This document shows positions 45,476 to 55,961 of a stretch of 64,000 nucleotides of DNA, in pieces. The stretch comes from an uncultured Spirochaetota bacterium. GTDB taxonomy: Bacteria; Spirochaetota; Brevinematia; Brevinematales; JAOACQ01. The notes beneath the pieces were generated by a model. It was not told where the DNA came from. It did no database searches and saw nothing but the letters and a program-made list of their open reading frames with translations. Location of the stretch: positions 448,001 to 512,000 of the forward strand of contig CAVYGN010000002.1 of assembly GCA_963768055.1 (NCBI GenBank), in the 5' to 3' direction. Positions within the stretch are counted from its first letter, which is position 1. Every line of letters starts with the position of its first letter. The translations under genes were made by a program, and so were the position numbers.

Positions 45476-46482
45476 GTACATCGGGGATCACCGTAAAGCC
45501 GCGTCTCTGCGGCGAAGTCCTTCCCTTCCAGCGCCCTTTCAAGACGCTTAATATCGTTCTCCGTATGCATCATGCACAAAAACCCCGTGCCGCTCTCCAT
45601 CATTACGCCGTATTTAAGCAGGCCTGCCGGTTCAATCGAGTTTTTTATCTTGAAAATGCTTCCTTTTTGACAGGATACGGCGGCGGAACCGATTGAAATC
45701 TTTTTTTTATATAGATCGTTATTTCTTAAATACACCTTCATTGTTTCAAGGACGGCGACCGATTTAAAAGCGGGAATATTCTCGCCCTCTATCCCCCTTT
45801 TTGAAAAGATAACCGCGCAGTCCAGGCCGTTTGCGATCGAAGGGCCGCAGAGTATAAAAGGAACTTTATCGAGGTTATTTGAAAAACACCTTTGCAGGCG
45901 AAAGGCCGTCCTGGTTTCTACGGAGCATTTCCACACGGCTTTAAAATTCTCATGGCCGTATTCCTTTAAATCAAGATCAAAGTCAAGAGGTTCGAAAAGA
46001 AACAGGTCGTAATGCTTTCCGGCAGCAGCCATTTCCACGGATATGCCCGGCAGAGCATTAAATGCCAGGTCCAGAAGATATGAGGAACTGACGCCTATGC
46101 TGCCGGCCCCAAGGGATTTTACAAGTGAAACGATTGCAGAAACGGTGCTTCCGTAAAAGGAAATATAACCGAAATCGATAACGGACTTAAAGAGTCTGAC
46201 CAGAGGATAGCGGAACTTATCGATCAGGCCTGATGAAGTGCCTGTGGAAATGCCGTTTTTTATATAGCGGGTTAAAGTTTTAAAATTATGTCCATAAATT
46301 ACAGCCCCGTTGTAAAGTGAAAAATCGGCATACTTATTTCCATCGATATCATAGATATACTGGTCTTTCTCCCTTTTCACCACAACCGGTATGCCTGCAA
46401 CGGGCAGGCAATTCTTTAATGAACGGATCCGGGCTTCTGAAATACTTGTCGAGAAGCTTAGAGCGTTGGGAAAGTCGGACAT
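45472..46482 (-). CDS. HemL/class III aminotransferase-like protein lacking catalytic residues
   Basis: YIYDIDGNKYADF..GAVIYGH; DEVxTGFR appears as VETRTAFR; GKxxGGG appears as GPSIANG. Confidence 0.65.
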   Translation of the reverse strand: MSDFPNALSFSTSISEARIRSLKNCLPVAGIPVVVKREKDQYIYDIDGNKYADFSLYNGAVIYGHNFKTLTRYIKNGISTGTSSGLIDKFRYPLVRLFKSVIDFGYISFYGSTVSAIVSLVKSLGAGSIGVSSSYLLDLAFNALPGISVEMAAAGKHYDLFLFEPLDFDLDLKEYGHENFKAVWKCSVETRTAFRLQRCFSNNLDKVPFILCGPSIANGLDCAVIFSKRGIEGENIPAFKSVAVLETMKVYLRNNDLYKKKISIGSAAVSCQKGSIFKIKNSIEPAGLLKYGVMMESGTGFLCMMHTENDIKRLERALEGKDFAAETRLYGDPRCT

Positions 46483-46490
46483 CCTATCAC

Positions 46491-48023
46491 CTACTTGGCA
46501 TACTCGACTACCCTTGTTTCCCTGATCAGGGTAATTTTAATCTGTCCGGGGTACTTCATTTCATTTTCAATCTTTTTAGCTATATCCTTCGCAAGAAGGT
46601 AGGCGTTCTCATCGGTGACGGCTTCGCTGGAAACAAATACCCTTACTTCACGTCCGGCCTGTATGGCGTACGCTTTTTCAATTCCCTGGAAGGAAGTAGC
46701 AATGTTCTCGAGGTTCTGCAATCTTTTCAGATACTCTTCGAACGACTCGCGCCGGGCGCCGGGCCTTGACGCTGAAATGGCATCGGCCGCCATAACGATA
46801 GAGGCTTCGACATACTTTAACTCCGCTTCGCCATGATGAGCCGCAATAGCGTTCACTATGTTGTCAGGCATACCGTATTTATGAGCGACCTCAGCCCCGA
46901 CAAGCGAATGGACACCTTCGCCCGTAGTTCTTATCCCTTTCCCTATGTCATGGAGAAGCCCCGCAATTTTGGCCTGATCGACATTAGTCCGGAGCTCTCC
47001 GGCAATCATGCCGGCTATATTAGCAACCTCGATCGAATGGAAATAAACGCTCTGACCGTAACTCGTCCTGTATTTTAGCCTTCCGATATAAGGATAAAGC
47101 TCCCTGGGAAGGCTTACTTTGAGATCGAGGCAGGCCTGTTTTCCAACTTCTATTATCTCGAGGTTCATATCCTTTTCTACTTTAGCGGCGATCTCTTCAA
47201 TCCTCGCAGGATGTATCCTTCCGTCTATTATCAATTTTTCAAGAGATTGCTTGGCAACCTCTCTGCGATAGGGATCGAATGAGGATATGATAACCACTTC
47301 CGGCGTGTCGTCGATGATAAGGTCGACGCCGGCGATAGATTCGAAGGCCCTGATATTCCTGCCTTCCCTGCCGATTATCCTGCCCTTCATTTCGTCGTTT
47401 GGAAGAGTAACAGTTGAGATTGTTCTCTCAGCGGTGACTTCCGCTGCGTTCCTCTGGATTGCGGAGACGATAATCTCCCGGGCCTTGACCTCACCCTGGT
47501 CCCGGGCCTCGTCCTCGATTTTCTTGATGATATTGATGGAATCCCTTTTAGCCTCTTCGGTCATTTCGATTATAAGCTGCTGCTTCGCTTCAGCGGCTGT
47601 CATTTGGGCTACTCTTTCCAGTTCGCGGAGATGCCGTTCATAGGCTTTTTTTAACTCTTCAGCGGTTTTTTTAAACTCTTTTTCTTCGTTCTCCAGCTCT
47701 CTTTCTTTTTTTTCCAGAGATTCGAATCTTTTATCAAGCGCGTCCTCTTTCTGCACCAGTCGTCTCTGTGCTTGCTGAAGTTCAAAATTCCTTTCTTTAA
47801 ATTCTCTGTCTAACTGCTTTCTTTCCTCAATTAATTTGTCTTTAGCTTCAAGAATAATTTCCCTTTTCTTTGCATCAGCTTCTTTATCAGCAGCGGCCAG
47901 AATTTCTTTAACTTTTTCTTCAGCAGATTCCAATCGAAACTTCGCGATCAGCTTTCTCACGAAGTAGCCGGCAATGCCTCCGGCCAAAAGAGAGGGGAGA
48001 GCCGACAATAAAATGATCAACAT
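46491..48023 (-). CDS. rny: Ribonuclease Y
   Basis: N-terminal TM, coiled coil, KH MKGRIIGREGRNIR, HD LLHDIGK, SASRPGAR; probable ATG at 48023. Confidence 0.97.
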   Translation of the reverse strand: MLIILLSALPSLLAGGIAGYFVRKLIAKFRLESAEEKVKEILAAADKEADAKKREIILEAKDKLIEERKQLDREFKERNFELQQAQRRLVQKEDALDKRFESLEKKERELENEEKEFKKTAEELKKAYERHLRELERVAQMTAAEAKQQLIIEMTEEAKRDSINIIKKIEDEARDQGEVKAREIIVSAIQRNAAEVTAERTISTVTLPNDEMKGRIIGREGRNIRAFESIAGVDLIIDDTPEVVIISSFDPYRREVAKQSLEKLIIDGRIHPARIEEIAAKVEKDMNLEIIEVGKQACLDLKVSLPRELYPYIGRLKYRTSYGQSVYFHSIEVANIAGMIAGELRTNVDQAKIAGLLHDIGKGIRTTGEGVHSLVGAEVAHKYGMPDNIVNAIAAHHGEAELKYVEASIVMAADAISASRPGARRESFEEYLKRLQNLENIATSFQGIEKAYAIQAGREVRVFVSSEAVTDENAYLLAKDIAKKIENEMKYPGQIKITLIRETRVVEYAK

Positions 48024-48129
48024 ACATTTCCCCTGCAAAATATTCAAAAAAATTAACACTATAATTTAAAATCAATTTTAATTACTGTCAAGGTATTGCA
48101 GGCTTATTTTGTTAGAATATCCTGATATC

Positions 48130-49005
48130 TCAATCCCTGCTCTTAAAAAATACGTTTATAAATTTCTGCCATCCGGAATGTTCTTCTGAAAATTCCATGT
48201 TCAACACCCTCCGTGCTATATGGTTTATACAAACTGAAACATTAGAATGAGGGCTGTATATGATAAACGGCGTCTGTTTTCTTACCGCTTCCCCGATCAG
48301 CGGGTCTTCAAAAATAAAGCCGAAATTATCGATTTTAATGTTAAGAAACTGGGCGCAGATGTCAATGATCTTTCTGGAGACCTTGTTTGCCTCGACTGTG
48401 GTCCTCACCCTGTTGAGGATTAGTTTTATATTCGGGTTTTCAGATTCAGTTACTATTGCTTTTATAATGCCGTACGCGTCGGTCATCGATGTCGGTTCGG
48501 GTGTCGTTATTACAATAGTTTCATGCGCAGCGATCACAAAACTAAGTACATTTTTCGATATGCCCGCCGAAGTATCGATTATTATGTAATCGGCGTAGCT
48601 TATCTCTTTCATGGCGTCGATCAAATTCTGTTTTTCTTCATCGCTTAAGTTGGCAAGCTGAGTAAAACCTGAAGCTCCTCCGATAATATCCACCCCCAGT
48701 TCCGTTTTATAAATTATTTCGATCATCTTTTTCTGGCCCTTGATTACATGATAAAGATTATACTTCGGGATCAGCCCCATGAGCACATGAATATTTGCCA
48801 GGCCCAGATCAGCGTCAAAGACTATGACCTTTTTCGGATTGTCTTTCATGTTGGCAAGGCTGATCCCCAGGTTTAGCGCAAAGCTGGTCTTTCCTACACC
48901 TCCCTTGCCGGAAGTGATAGCAATGATCTGAGTATTAGTCCTGGGAAAATCGCCCATCATCCTGCGAAGGCCCTCTGCCTGGTCGGGTCCAAGAAGAGTA
49001 GACAT
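48130..49005 (-). CDS. flhG: Flagellar number regulator FlhG/FleN (MinD-like)
   Basis: DQAEGLR, TSGKGGVGKT, DADLGLAN, TTPEPTSMTDAY. Confidence 0.93.
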   Translation of the reverse strand: MSTLLGPDQAEGLRRMMGDFPRTNTQIIAITSGKGGVGKTSFALNLGISLANMKDNPKKVIVFDADLGLANIHVLMGLIPKYNLYHVIKGQKKMIEIIYKTELGVDIIGGASGFTQLANLSDEEKQNLIDAMKEISYADYIIIDTSAGISKNVLSFVIAAHETIVITTPEPTSMTDAYGIIKAIVTESENPNIKLILNRVRTTVEANKVSRKIIDICAQFLNIKIDNFGFIFEDPLIGEAVRKQTPFIIYSPHSNVSVCINHIARRVLNMEFSEEHSGWQKFINVFFKSRD

Positions 49006-49027
49006 AAAGATACCTCTAACTCGGCGT

Positions 49028-50323
49028 TTATTTTAAAGAATCGGCAATTAATCGATCGACATTAGCTATTTCAAAATCTTCAGGCACTCCCTGCCCGTTT
49101 GTAATAAATGAAAGCGGTTTTTTTGTCTGGTACAGGGATGAAACTACCGACCCCAGATACATTGTTTCATCCAGTTTAGTGGCGATTATATGTGAAAAAT
49201 CAAGGCATGAATAACTTTCGACCACGAGGTCTAGGTCTCTTGGTTTAGTTGTAGCGCTGACGACCAGGTGTATATCGAATTTTAATTTTGTTTTTTTCAG
49301 CCAATCTGAAAGTTCCCTGATAACAATCGTGTCTTTCGGACTTTTCCCGGCCGTATCTATAAAGGTGTAATGGGTTTCGTCATTTTCAAGTATATTATAA
49401 AACTGGTCTTCCTTGTTGATCGGGTAAAATGGGGCTTTCATCAGGTCGGAATAGGTTTTCAATTGTGAATCGGCTCCAACCTTATATCTGTCAATCGATA
49501 TGAAACGCAGGGATTTCTGGCGGATTACCGCGATATGGGCGGCCATTTTTATAATACTCACAGTTTTACCGACCCCTGTAGGCCCGACAAATAATATATT
49601 CTTGCCGTTGGAGTAATTTTCCATCAGAATGTCTTCCCTGTTTATGTTAGTCCTTAAATAATCCCGGATTGTAGTAACTATCTGGGCTTTATCGATCAGG
49701 ATGTCATTTTTCTGGGTCTTAAGATACTCAAGAATTTCATGAATAACACCGGGATGGAATTCTCTTTCCCTAAGAAATTCCTCAGCCCATTGTATGTTCT
49801 TCTGGGAAATTTCAAGATCCTGCATGATCTTTTTTTTATTTTCAAGAGAAGCATTCCGGCTGGTTTTCATCAACCCCTCTTTGATCTCATCGAACTCGCT
49901 TTTAATATAATTCTGGATATCCTCGAGCGAACTTTTGAGATTTTTGACCTCTTCCTCCAGTTTTTTATTCCTTTCGGCTCCCGGCGCTATTGGAGGCTTT
50001 ACTCCGTAAAGTGCAGATGAATTTACCGTCCTTTGATATGTTCCGTCCCGGCTTAAAGGTTCAGGCGTATCGTCTTTGAAAAGATTCGGCTGGCTGTCGC
50101 CCTTCCTCATGTTCTTCTTTTCTTTTTCAAGTATCCTGGCTTCATCTATGCAGGCCGTCGCTATCCAGACAGTTTCTTTTCGCAGGCCCAGAAATTTTTT
50201 TCTTTCCTCGGGGTATGTCCTGATCAGCATCGTCTCTTTTATACGGTTTTCCATTCTTGCCGCCATAAACATTTTATCGACGGCTTCCTGCTTCGATTTC
50301 CCCTCATAAATAGCATATCTCAT
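49028..50323 (-). CDS. flhF: Flagellar biosynthesis GTPase FlhF
   Basis: GPTGVGKT, DRYKVGA, DTAGKS, TKLDET, TNGQGVPED. Confidence 0.93.
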   Translation of the reverse strand: MRYAIYEGKSKQEAVDKMFMAARMENRIKETMLIRTYPEERKKFLGLRKETVWIATACIDEARILEKEKKNMRKGDSQPNLFKDDTPEPLSRDGTYQRTVNSSALYGVKPPIAPGAERNKKLEEEVKNLKSSLEDIQNYIKSEFDEIKEGLMKTSRNASLENKKKIMQDLEISQKNIQWAEEFLREREFHPGVIHEILEYLKTQKNDILIDKAQIVTTIRDYLRTNINREDILMENYSNGKNILFVGPTGVGKTVSIIKMAAHIAVIRQKSLRFISIDRYKVGADSQLKTYSDLMKAPFYPINKEDQFYNILENDETHYTFIDTAGKSPKDTIVIRELSDWLKKTKLKFDIHLVVSATTKPRDLDLVVESYSCLDFSHIIATKLDETMYLGSVVSSLYQTKKPLSFITNGQGVPEDFEIANVDRLIADSLK

Positions 50324-50345
50324 AACTCGATCTCCTTTTTAATTT

Positions 50346-52415
50346 TTAAGGATTAATACTTATTATCCCAATCTGGTCCAGGGAATAATTTGCAGGAATC
50401 TCCGAATAGGAAAGCACTCCGATCCCGGGAAAATGCCTTTCGATCAGTTCCCTTACAAGCCTTCGTATTTTCTGGCTCGACAGTATTACAGGCTGGCGGC
50501 CGGTTTTTACAACACCCTCGATAACCTGGCTCGCTCCTGTAATGAATTTGTTTACCAGATCCGGTTCAAGCGTGGATACAAGGCCCTGCTGGGTCTCATG
50601 GATAGAATCTGTAAAAATCTGCTCGACTTCAGGATCTATAACTATCGCTTTAAGGGTGTTCGCCTCGTCGGCATAACTTGAAGCAATCTGTTTGCCCAGT
50701 GATTGCCTGACATATTCGGTGATCAGGTCAATATTTTTCGATCCATAATCAGAAATAGTTTCAAGGATTGAAAGCATATTTCTTATCTTTACCCCTTCCT
50801 TGAGAAGGTTCTGGAGCACTTTCTGGATATCTCCCACGCTCGAGTTTTTCAGAGCCTCCTCGGTGACAACCGGATACTCTTTTTGCAGTGCGTCGATCAT
50901 TGCTTTGACGTCCTGCCTTGTCAGAAGTTCTCCTGCGTTCTTCTTGATAACTTCAGTTATATGCGTCGCAATTACCGACGGAGGATCGAATATATCGAAC
51001 CCCAGGCTTTCCGCCTTCGCCCTTTCCTCATTTGAAATCCATTTCGCGTCAAGCCCGAAAGCCGGTTCCTTGACTTCTATCCCTTCGATAGATTTAAGCT
51101 CAAGTTTAGGGTTCATGGCAAGGAACCTGTTCACGTAGATTTTGCCCCTGCTGGCCTCCGAACCCCTGATTTTCAAAATATATTCCGAAGCGTCAATGCC
51201 TACATTGTCAATTATCCTTATCGGAGGCACCAGGATTCCCATATCCAGCCCTATACGCCTCCGGATCAGCTTGATCCTGTCCAGCAGATCACCCCCCTGC
51301 TCTTTATCCACAAGAGGTATCAGGTTATATCCTATTTCGAGGTTCATAGGATCTATCCTGATAATATCCTCGACAGTGGTAACCTGATCGGTAGCCTGTT
51401 TCGATTTCGAACTTTCTTCTTCCTTTTTCTTCATACTCAATTCAATCGAACGGGTCATTGAATACCCGATCGCTACAATCGCTGCCCCGATGACCAGGTT
51501 GAAAATCGTCGGGAAACCAGGTACGAATCCCATCAGGAAGATAGCCGCTCCGGCTATGTATAAGACTTTCGGAGTAGCTCCGATCTGGGTAACGACATCC
51601 TTTCCGAATTTTTCGCGGGACGCTGTCCTCGTCACGATCAGGCCCGTCGCGGTAGAGATCATAAGAGCGGGTATCTGCGATACGAGGCCTTCCCCGATCG
51701 TAAGAAGCGTATATGTCTGGGCGGCCTCCCCGACTGGAAGGTTATGGACAAGCACTCCGGTGATGAGGCCTACGACAATATTTACAAGCGTAATAACGAA
51801 AGCAACCTTCACATTGCCCGACACGAATTTTGAAGAACCGTCCATGGCCCCGTAAAAATCAGCTTCCAGCCTGAGTTCATCCCTTCTTCTCCTGGCCTCA
51901 TCCTCAGATATCAGGCCCGCATTGAGGTCTTCGTTTATTGAAAGCTGTTTACCGGGAAGGGCGTCCAGGGTGAAACGGGCTGCTACCTCGGAAACCCTTG
52001 AGGCCCCTTTTGTAATTACGAGGAATTGTATGGCCAGGATAACTATGAATATCGTTATCCCTACTATATAATTGCCCGTTACTACAAAATCGCCGAATGC
52101 CTTGATAACCTTTCCGTCGAATGCAGGCCCAAGGGTCAGGATGAGCCTTGTTGCAGAGACATTCAGGCCCAGTCCGAAAACAGTGGTAAGAAGAATGAGC
52201 GAGGGAAACGCAGAAAAATCCGAAGGTTTCTTTACATACAGTGTGCTTAAAATGATCATTATTGAAAGTGCGAGATTGATTATAATAAGAATGTCGAGAA
52301 GGAACGTGGGAATAGGTATGATCAGCATGAGGACAACGACTATAAGAGAAACGGCAACTAAAATATCGATATTATCCGTAAGCCCTAATAAACCCTTTTT
52401 TGGTGAAGCCGCCAT
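50346..52415 (-). CDS. flhA: Flagellar export protein FlhA
   Basis: RVSEVAARFTLDALPGKQ, FYGAMDGSSKFV, LLTIGEGLVSQIP. Confidence 0.97.
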   Translation of the reverse strand: MAASPKKGLLGLTDNIDILVAVSLIVVVLMLIIPIPTFLLDILIIINLALSIMIILSTLYVKKPSDFSAFPSLILLTTVFGLGLNVSATRLILTLGPAFDGKVIKAFGDFVVTGNYIVGITIFIVILAIQFLVITKGASRVSEVAARFTLDALPGKQLSINEDLNAGLISEDEARRRRDELRLEADFYGAMDGSSKFVSGNVKVAFVITLVNIVVGLITGVLVHNLPVGEAAQTYTLLTIGEGLVSQIPALMISTATGLIVTRTASREKFGKDVVTQIGATPKVLYIAGAAIFLMGFVPGFPTIFNLVIGAAIVAIGYSMTRSIELSMKKKEEESSKSKQATDQVTTVEDIIRIDPMNLEIGYNLIPLVDKEQGGDLLDRIKLIRRRIGLDMGILVPPIRIIDNVGIDASEYILKIRGSEASRGKIYVNRFLAMNPKLELKSIEGIEVKEPAFGLDAKWISNEERAKAESLGFDIFDPPSVIATHITEVIKKNAGELLTRQDVKAMIDALQKEYPVVTEEALKNSSVGDIQKVLQNLLKEGVKIRNMLSILETISDYGSKNIDLITEYVRQSLGKQIASSYADEANTLKAIVIDPEVEQIFTDSIHETQQGLVSTLEPDLVNKFITGASQVIEGVVKTGRQPVILSSQKIRRLVRELIERHFPGIGVLSYSEIPANYSLDQIGIISINP

Positions 52416-52429
52416 AAATTTCTCCTCCG

Positions 52430-53587
52430 TCAGGCCACGACGCTCTCTTTCATATTATAAATAAGTTTAAAGATATTCGCCACCGCTATGAAAAGCTCCT
52501 GCGGTATCTCCTGTCCCACTTCGACTTTCCTGTACAGTTCGCGCGCCAGCGGTTTATTTTCCAGAATAAATACTTTATACTCCCTTGCTATGCTTTTGAT
52601 CCTTTCAGCGAAAGGCCCTTCGCCTTTAGCTACCACTTTCGGCGCTAACATAAAGACAGGATCGTATTTAAGAGCGACGGCAATGTGTGTCGGGTTCGTA
52701 ATAACGACGTCGGCTTTTGGTATCTCCTGGATCATTCTCCTGGAAAGGAGCCTTCTTTCCATTTCCCTGATCTTTGCCTTTATCTCGGGGTTGCCTTCAT
52801 TTTCTTTAAATTCCTCTTTGATCTCCTGCTTTGTCATTTTCAGGGATTCTGTATAGACCCAGCGCTGAAAAGCATAATCCCCTATAGCGAATATCATCAG
52901 AAGCACACCGGAAATGCTCACAAACTGAAAAAGTATAGACCAGATAAGACTGAAAGCATCTACCAGATCCATCCTGGAAATAGCGATCATTTCAGCCAGC
53001 CTTTGATTAATAATTATAAAAGCCACGGCGAAAACACCGACAACCTTCGCTAATGACTTAACGAGGTTGAACATCGCTTCCCTGGACCAGAACATCTTCA
53101 TGAAATTCTGTCCCATATTGGATATAATCTTCCCAAAATTTAATGATATCTTTTTCGTGGAAAATACTATGCCCCCCTGGATAAAGCTCGCCGCGACCGC
53201 GGCAATGATCCCCACTATCATAAGCGGGAGCACGCTGGACGATGAAAGCCAGAGCATATCCAGGAAAAACGGGACTATACTGTTCTTGCTGAGGTGTATT
53301 GTGAGAAGGTTCTCCACATAATATCTCATAATCCTTACTAACGAATTATATATGAAGCCCCCGATAAGCGCTATAGTCCAGAAACCCATCAGAAATACTA
53401 TAATCGCCGTCAGTTCCTGCGATCTCGGAATGTTGCCTTCTTCGCGGGCCTTCCTCCGTTTATACTCTGTCGGCTCTTCAGTCCTTCCCTCGTCTTCCGC
53501 TGCGAAAAACTGCAGGTCGAATCTGAACAAAGGAAATTCGCCACTGAGAAGCAAATCCGATAAATCGATGAATTCGTAATTTTCCAT
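52430..53587 (-). CDS. flhB: Flagellar export protein FlhB
   Basis: TEEPT..KRRKAREEG, EGNPEIK, NPTH autocleavage motif. Confidence 0.97.
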   Translation of the reverse strand: MENYEFIDLSDLLLSGEFPLFRFDLQFFAAEDEGRTEEPTEYKRRKAREEGNIPRSQELTAIIVFLMGFWTIALIGGFIYNSLVRIMRYYVENLLTIHLSKNSIVPFFLDMLWLSSSSVLPLMIVGIIAAVAASFIQGGIVFSTKKISLNFGKIISNMGQNFMKMFWSREAMFNLVKSLAKVVGVFAVAFIIINQRLAEMIAISRMDLVDAFSLIWSILFQFVSISGVLLMIFAIGDYAFQRWVYTESLKMTKQEIKEEFKENEGNPEIKAKIREMERRLLSRRMIQEIPKADVVITNPTHIAVALKYDPVFMLAPKVVAKGEGPFAERIKSIAREYKVFILENKPLARELYRKVEVGQEIPQELFIAVANIFKLIYNMKESVVA

Positions 53588-53594
53588 ATATTAC

Positions 53595-54383
53595 CTAAGC
53601 CGGCTTAAAAAACCGGATCAATTCGCCGGTATCCCTGAGCATGCCGTTTATTACATTCCCTCCCAGGTCTACGATCGACGGCAGTATCAGCCAGATCACA
53701 AAAAACCCTACGAGAAGCTTGATATTAAAGCCCATTATCATCACGTTAAACTGCGGAGCAACCCTTGCGATGATAGCCATTGCCATATCGAGAAGGATTG
53801 AAACCCCTATTATCGGCAAGGATATTTTAAGGCCGATGTCGAACATCGTCATAACAGCCGAAATAAAACCCTTGATCATCGCGCCGATGGAAGTCGCCCC
53901 CAAAGCCTGTACGTTTCTAAAACTATCGATAATAAGCTGCATCATAAAAAAATGCGCGTCAGCCCGAAGCAGGAGGAGAAGTATAAGGACGCCGAAAAGA
54001 TTTCCAATAGCCGGAACCTGGGTCTCCGATACCGGATCGAATACCTCGTTCATTCCAAGCCCCATCTGGATGCTGAAGATCTGCGCTGAAACCTGGAAAG
54101 CCGAGACTATGATATAAATGAACATCCCCACCCCTGTGCCGAAAACGAAACTGGTGAGGCAATTTAATCCGAATGCAAGCAGGTCTGACCCTTCTTTAAA
54201 ACCCATCTGCACTACGAGAGGGACGGCAATAAGGCTCATAAAAAAACCGAGGGCAAGTTTAAACCGCATCGGCAAGGCCTGGCCTGAAAAAAACGGAGCC
54301 GTAATAAAAAGGCCGATAAGCCTGAGCAGGATTAATAAAAATACCTGGAAATATCTTACAAATCCATCGTAAAGAGTCTCCAT
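53595..54383 (-). CDS. fliR: Flagellar export protein FliR
   Basis: LRLIGLFITAPFF, QMGLG...DP, RVAPQFNV..GF. Confidence 0.93.
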   Translation of the reverse strand: METLYDGFVRYFQVFLLILLRLIGLFITAPFFSGQALPMRFKLALGFFMSLIAVPLVVQMGFKEGSDLLAFGLNCLTSFVFGTGVGMFIYIIVSAFQVSAQIFSIQMGLGMNEVFDPVSETQVPAIGNLFGVLILLLLLRADAHFFMMQLIIDSFRNVQALGATSIGAMIKGFISAVMTMFDIGLKISLPIIGVSILLDMAMAIIARVAPQFNVMIMGFNIKLLVGFFVIWLILPSIVDLGGNVINGMLRDTGELIRFFKPA

Positions 54384-54394
54384 TGCATGTCCTT

Positions 54395-54664
54395 CTATAT
54401 TTTCGCCGTTCCTATCAGGCTGAACAGATTTTTAGTGAAATCAATAAGATTATTTCCAAAAAAAGATCCGGCGATCATTAACATAATTATAATAACAACA
54501 ACTTTCGGGACAAAGGTAAGGGTCTGCTCCTGGATCGAGGTCGTCGCCTGGAAAATACTGATAATAAGCCCCACAACCATGGCCGCCCCGAGCAGGGGAA
54601 CCGACAGAACGAGCATCTCGTACATTGACTGGTTCATAATCGATAAAATTAATCCCTGACTCAT
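54395..54664 (-). CDS. fliQ: Flagellar export protein FliQ
   Basis: VGLIISIFQATTSIQEQTLTFVPK. Confidence 0.96.
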   Translation of the reverse strand: MSQGLILSIMNQSMYEMLVLSVPLLGAAMVVGLIISIFQATTSIQEQTLTFVPKVVVIIIMLMIAGSFFGNNLIDFTKNLFSLIGTAKI

Positions 54665-54673
54665 AATTTAACC

Positions 54674-55438
54674 CTACATCCTGAAACTTAAGATCAATTT
54701 TTCGACAAGCAGGTCCCACCCGTCGACAACATAAAACAAAAGTATCTTCAGGGGGAAGGATATCATAATAGGCGGAAGCATCATCATGCCCATTGACATG
54801 AGGACGCTGGCGACTACAACGTCTATGATTACGAAAGGGATCAAAATAAGCATACCCATATAAAAAGAGAGGGTAAGTTCATTAAGAATAAAAGCGGGGA
54901 TCAGGACATAAGTCGGAACATCCTCCGGGCTTTTCGGCCTTTCCACCTTTGATATCTGTATAAACCTGTAAATATATCTCTCGGCGGTCTGCCTGAACAT
55001 GAATTCCCTGACCGGCTGGATGGCCTTTGTATAACCGGCCTCAAGCGTTATCTTACCGTCAAGATAAGGCCTTACCCCATCGTTGTAAGACTTGCTGAAT
55101 ACAGGGAACATAACGAAAAGGCTTATGAAAAGCGACAGGCTGATTATGATCTGGTTTGGGGGTATATTCTGAGTAGCGAGACCCCTGCTGACAAAGGAAA
55201 GAACTATGAATATTCTCACAAAACTTGTAAGTACGATGAGAAGGGTCGGGGCGAGGCTTATTATAGTTACAAGAAAAAGTATCTGGAGAGATAAAGCAAC
55301 CTGCCTGGGCGTCCTGGCTTCCTGAACATTAAAATTGAGGGTCGGTATAGGAACATTTTGACCCCCGGTCTGCTGAGCGTTTACAGGTGATGTGAATAAA
55401 AAAAAGGAGAATAGCAATAATATCCCGTATTTATTCAC
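54674..55438 (-). CDS. fliP: Flagellar export protein FliP
   Basis: TSFVRI, PPNQI, LIPAF, SVLMSMGMMMLPP, PLKILLFYVVDGW. Confidence 0.96.
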   Translation of the reverse strand: MNKYGILLLFSFFLFTSPVNAQQTGGQNVPIPTLNFNVQEARTPRQVALSLQILFLVTIISLAPTLLIVLTSFVRIFIVLSFVSRGLATQNIPPNQIIISLSLFISLFVMFPVFSKSYNDGVRPYLDGKITLEAGYTKAIQPVREFMFRQTAERYIYRFIQISKVERPKSPEDVPTYVLIPAFILNELTLSFYMGMLILIPFVIIDVVVASVLMSMGMMMLPPIMISFPLKILLFYVVDGWDLLVEKLILSFRM

Positions 55439-55606
55439 GGAACCCCTCCCAATCCTGCAAACCCAAAATGCACAGGCAGTGCTTAAATGTGCGCTATGCG
55501 AAGAACATTAGTATTTTTTTTACTACTAAATTATATTATTACATACGTAAATAAAAATTGCAATACTTTTTATGAAAATATTTCTATCTGATTGATCGAT
55601 ATCTAT

Positions 55607-55635
55607 TTGACGTAAATTGAAAATCAAGTTATAAA
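55607..55635 (+). promoter_or_regulatory. Putative sigma70 promoter of the tat genes
   Basis: TTGACG-17 bp-TATAAA. Confidence 0.4.
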
Positions 55636-55661
55636 TAATCGGGAATTTTAGATACTTAGTA

Positions 55662-55690
55662 TGTCATTTCTCGCTCCGCTCGAAATGACA
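55662..55690. repeat. REP-like palindrome
   Basis: TGTCATTTC-TCGCTCCGCTC-GAAATGACA, 9-bp perfect stem. Confidence 0.6.
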
Positions 55691-55727
55691 AGGGGATGAC
55701 TGAGAATAATAGTTAAGAGGCTGCTTA

Positions 55728-55961
55728 ATGAAATTATCTGAAATATTAGTTGTAATCCTGGTCATAGTTCTTGTTTTCGGCGCATCCAGGCTTCCGCAGC
55801 TAGGCAAGGCCATCGGCGAAGGCTTTAAAGAATTAAAGAGGGGATTGCGTGAAGCCGAGGAAGAGGAAAAAACCGCCCGCGATGAAGAACCGGTTAAACC
55901 AAAGGCCGTGAGTTCCGCTAAAAGAAGCGCCAAAAAAACTTCATCCAAGAAAAGGGTATGA
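55728..55961 (+). CDS. tatA: Twin-arginine translocase subunit TatA
   Basis: TM + FGASRLPQLGKAIGEGFKELK amphipathic helix. Confidence 0.9.
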   Translation: MKLSEILVVILVIVLVFGASRLPQLGKAIGEGFKELKRGLREAEEEEKTARDEEPVKPKAVSSAKRSAKKTSSKKRV

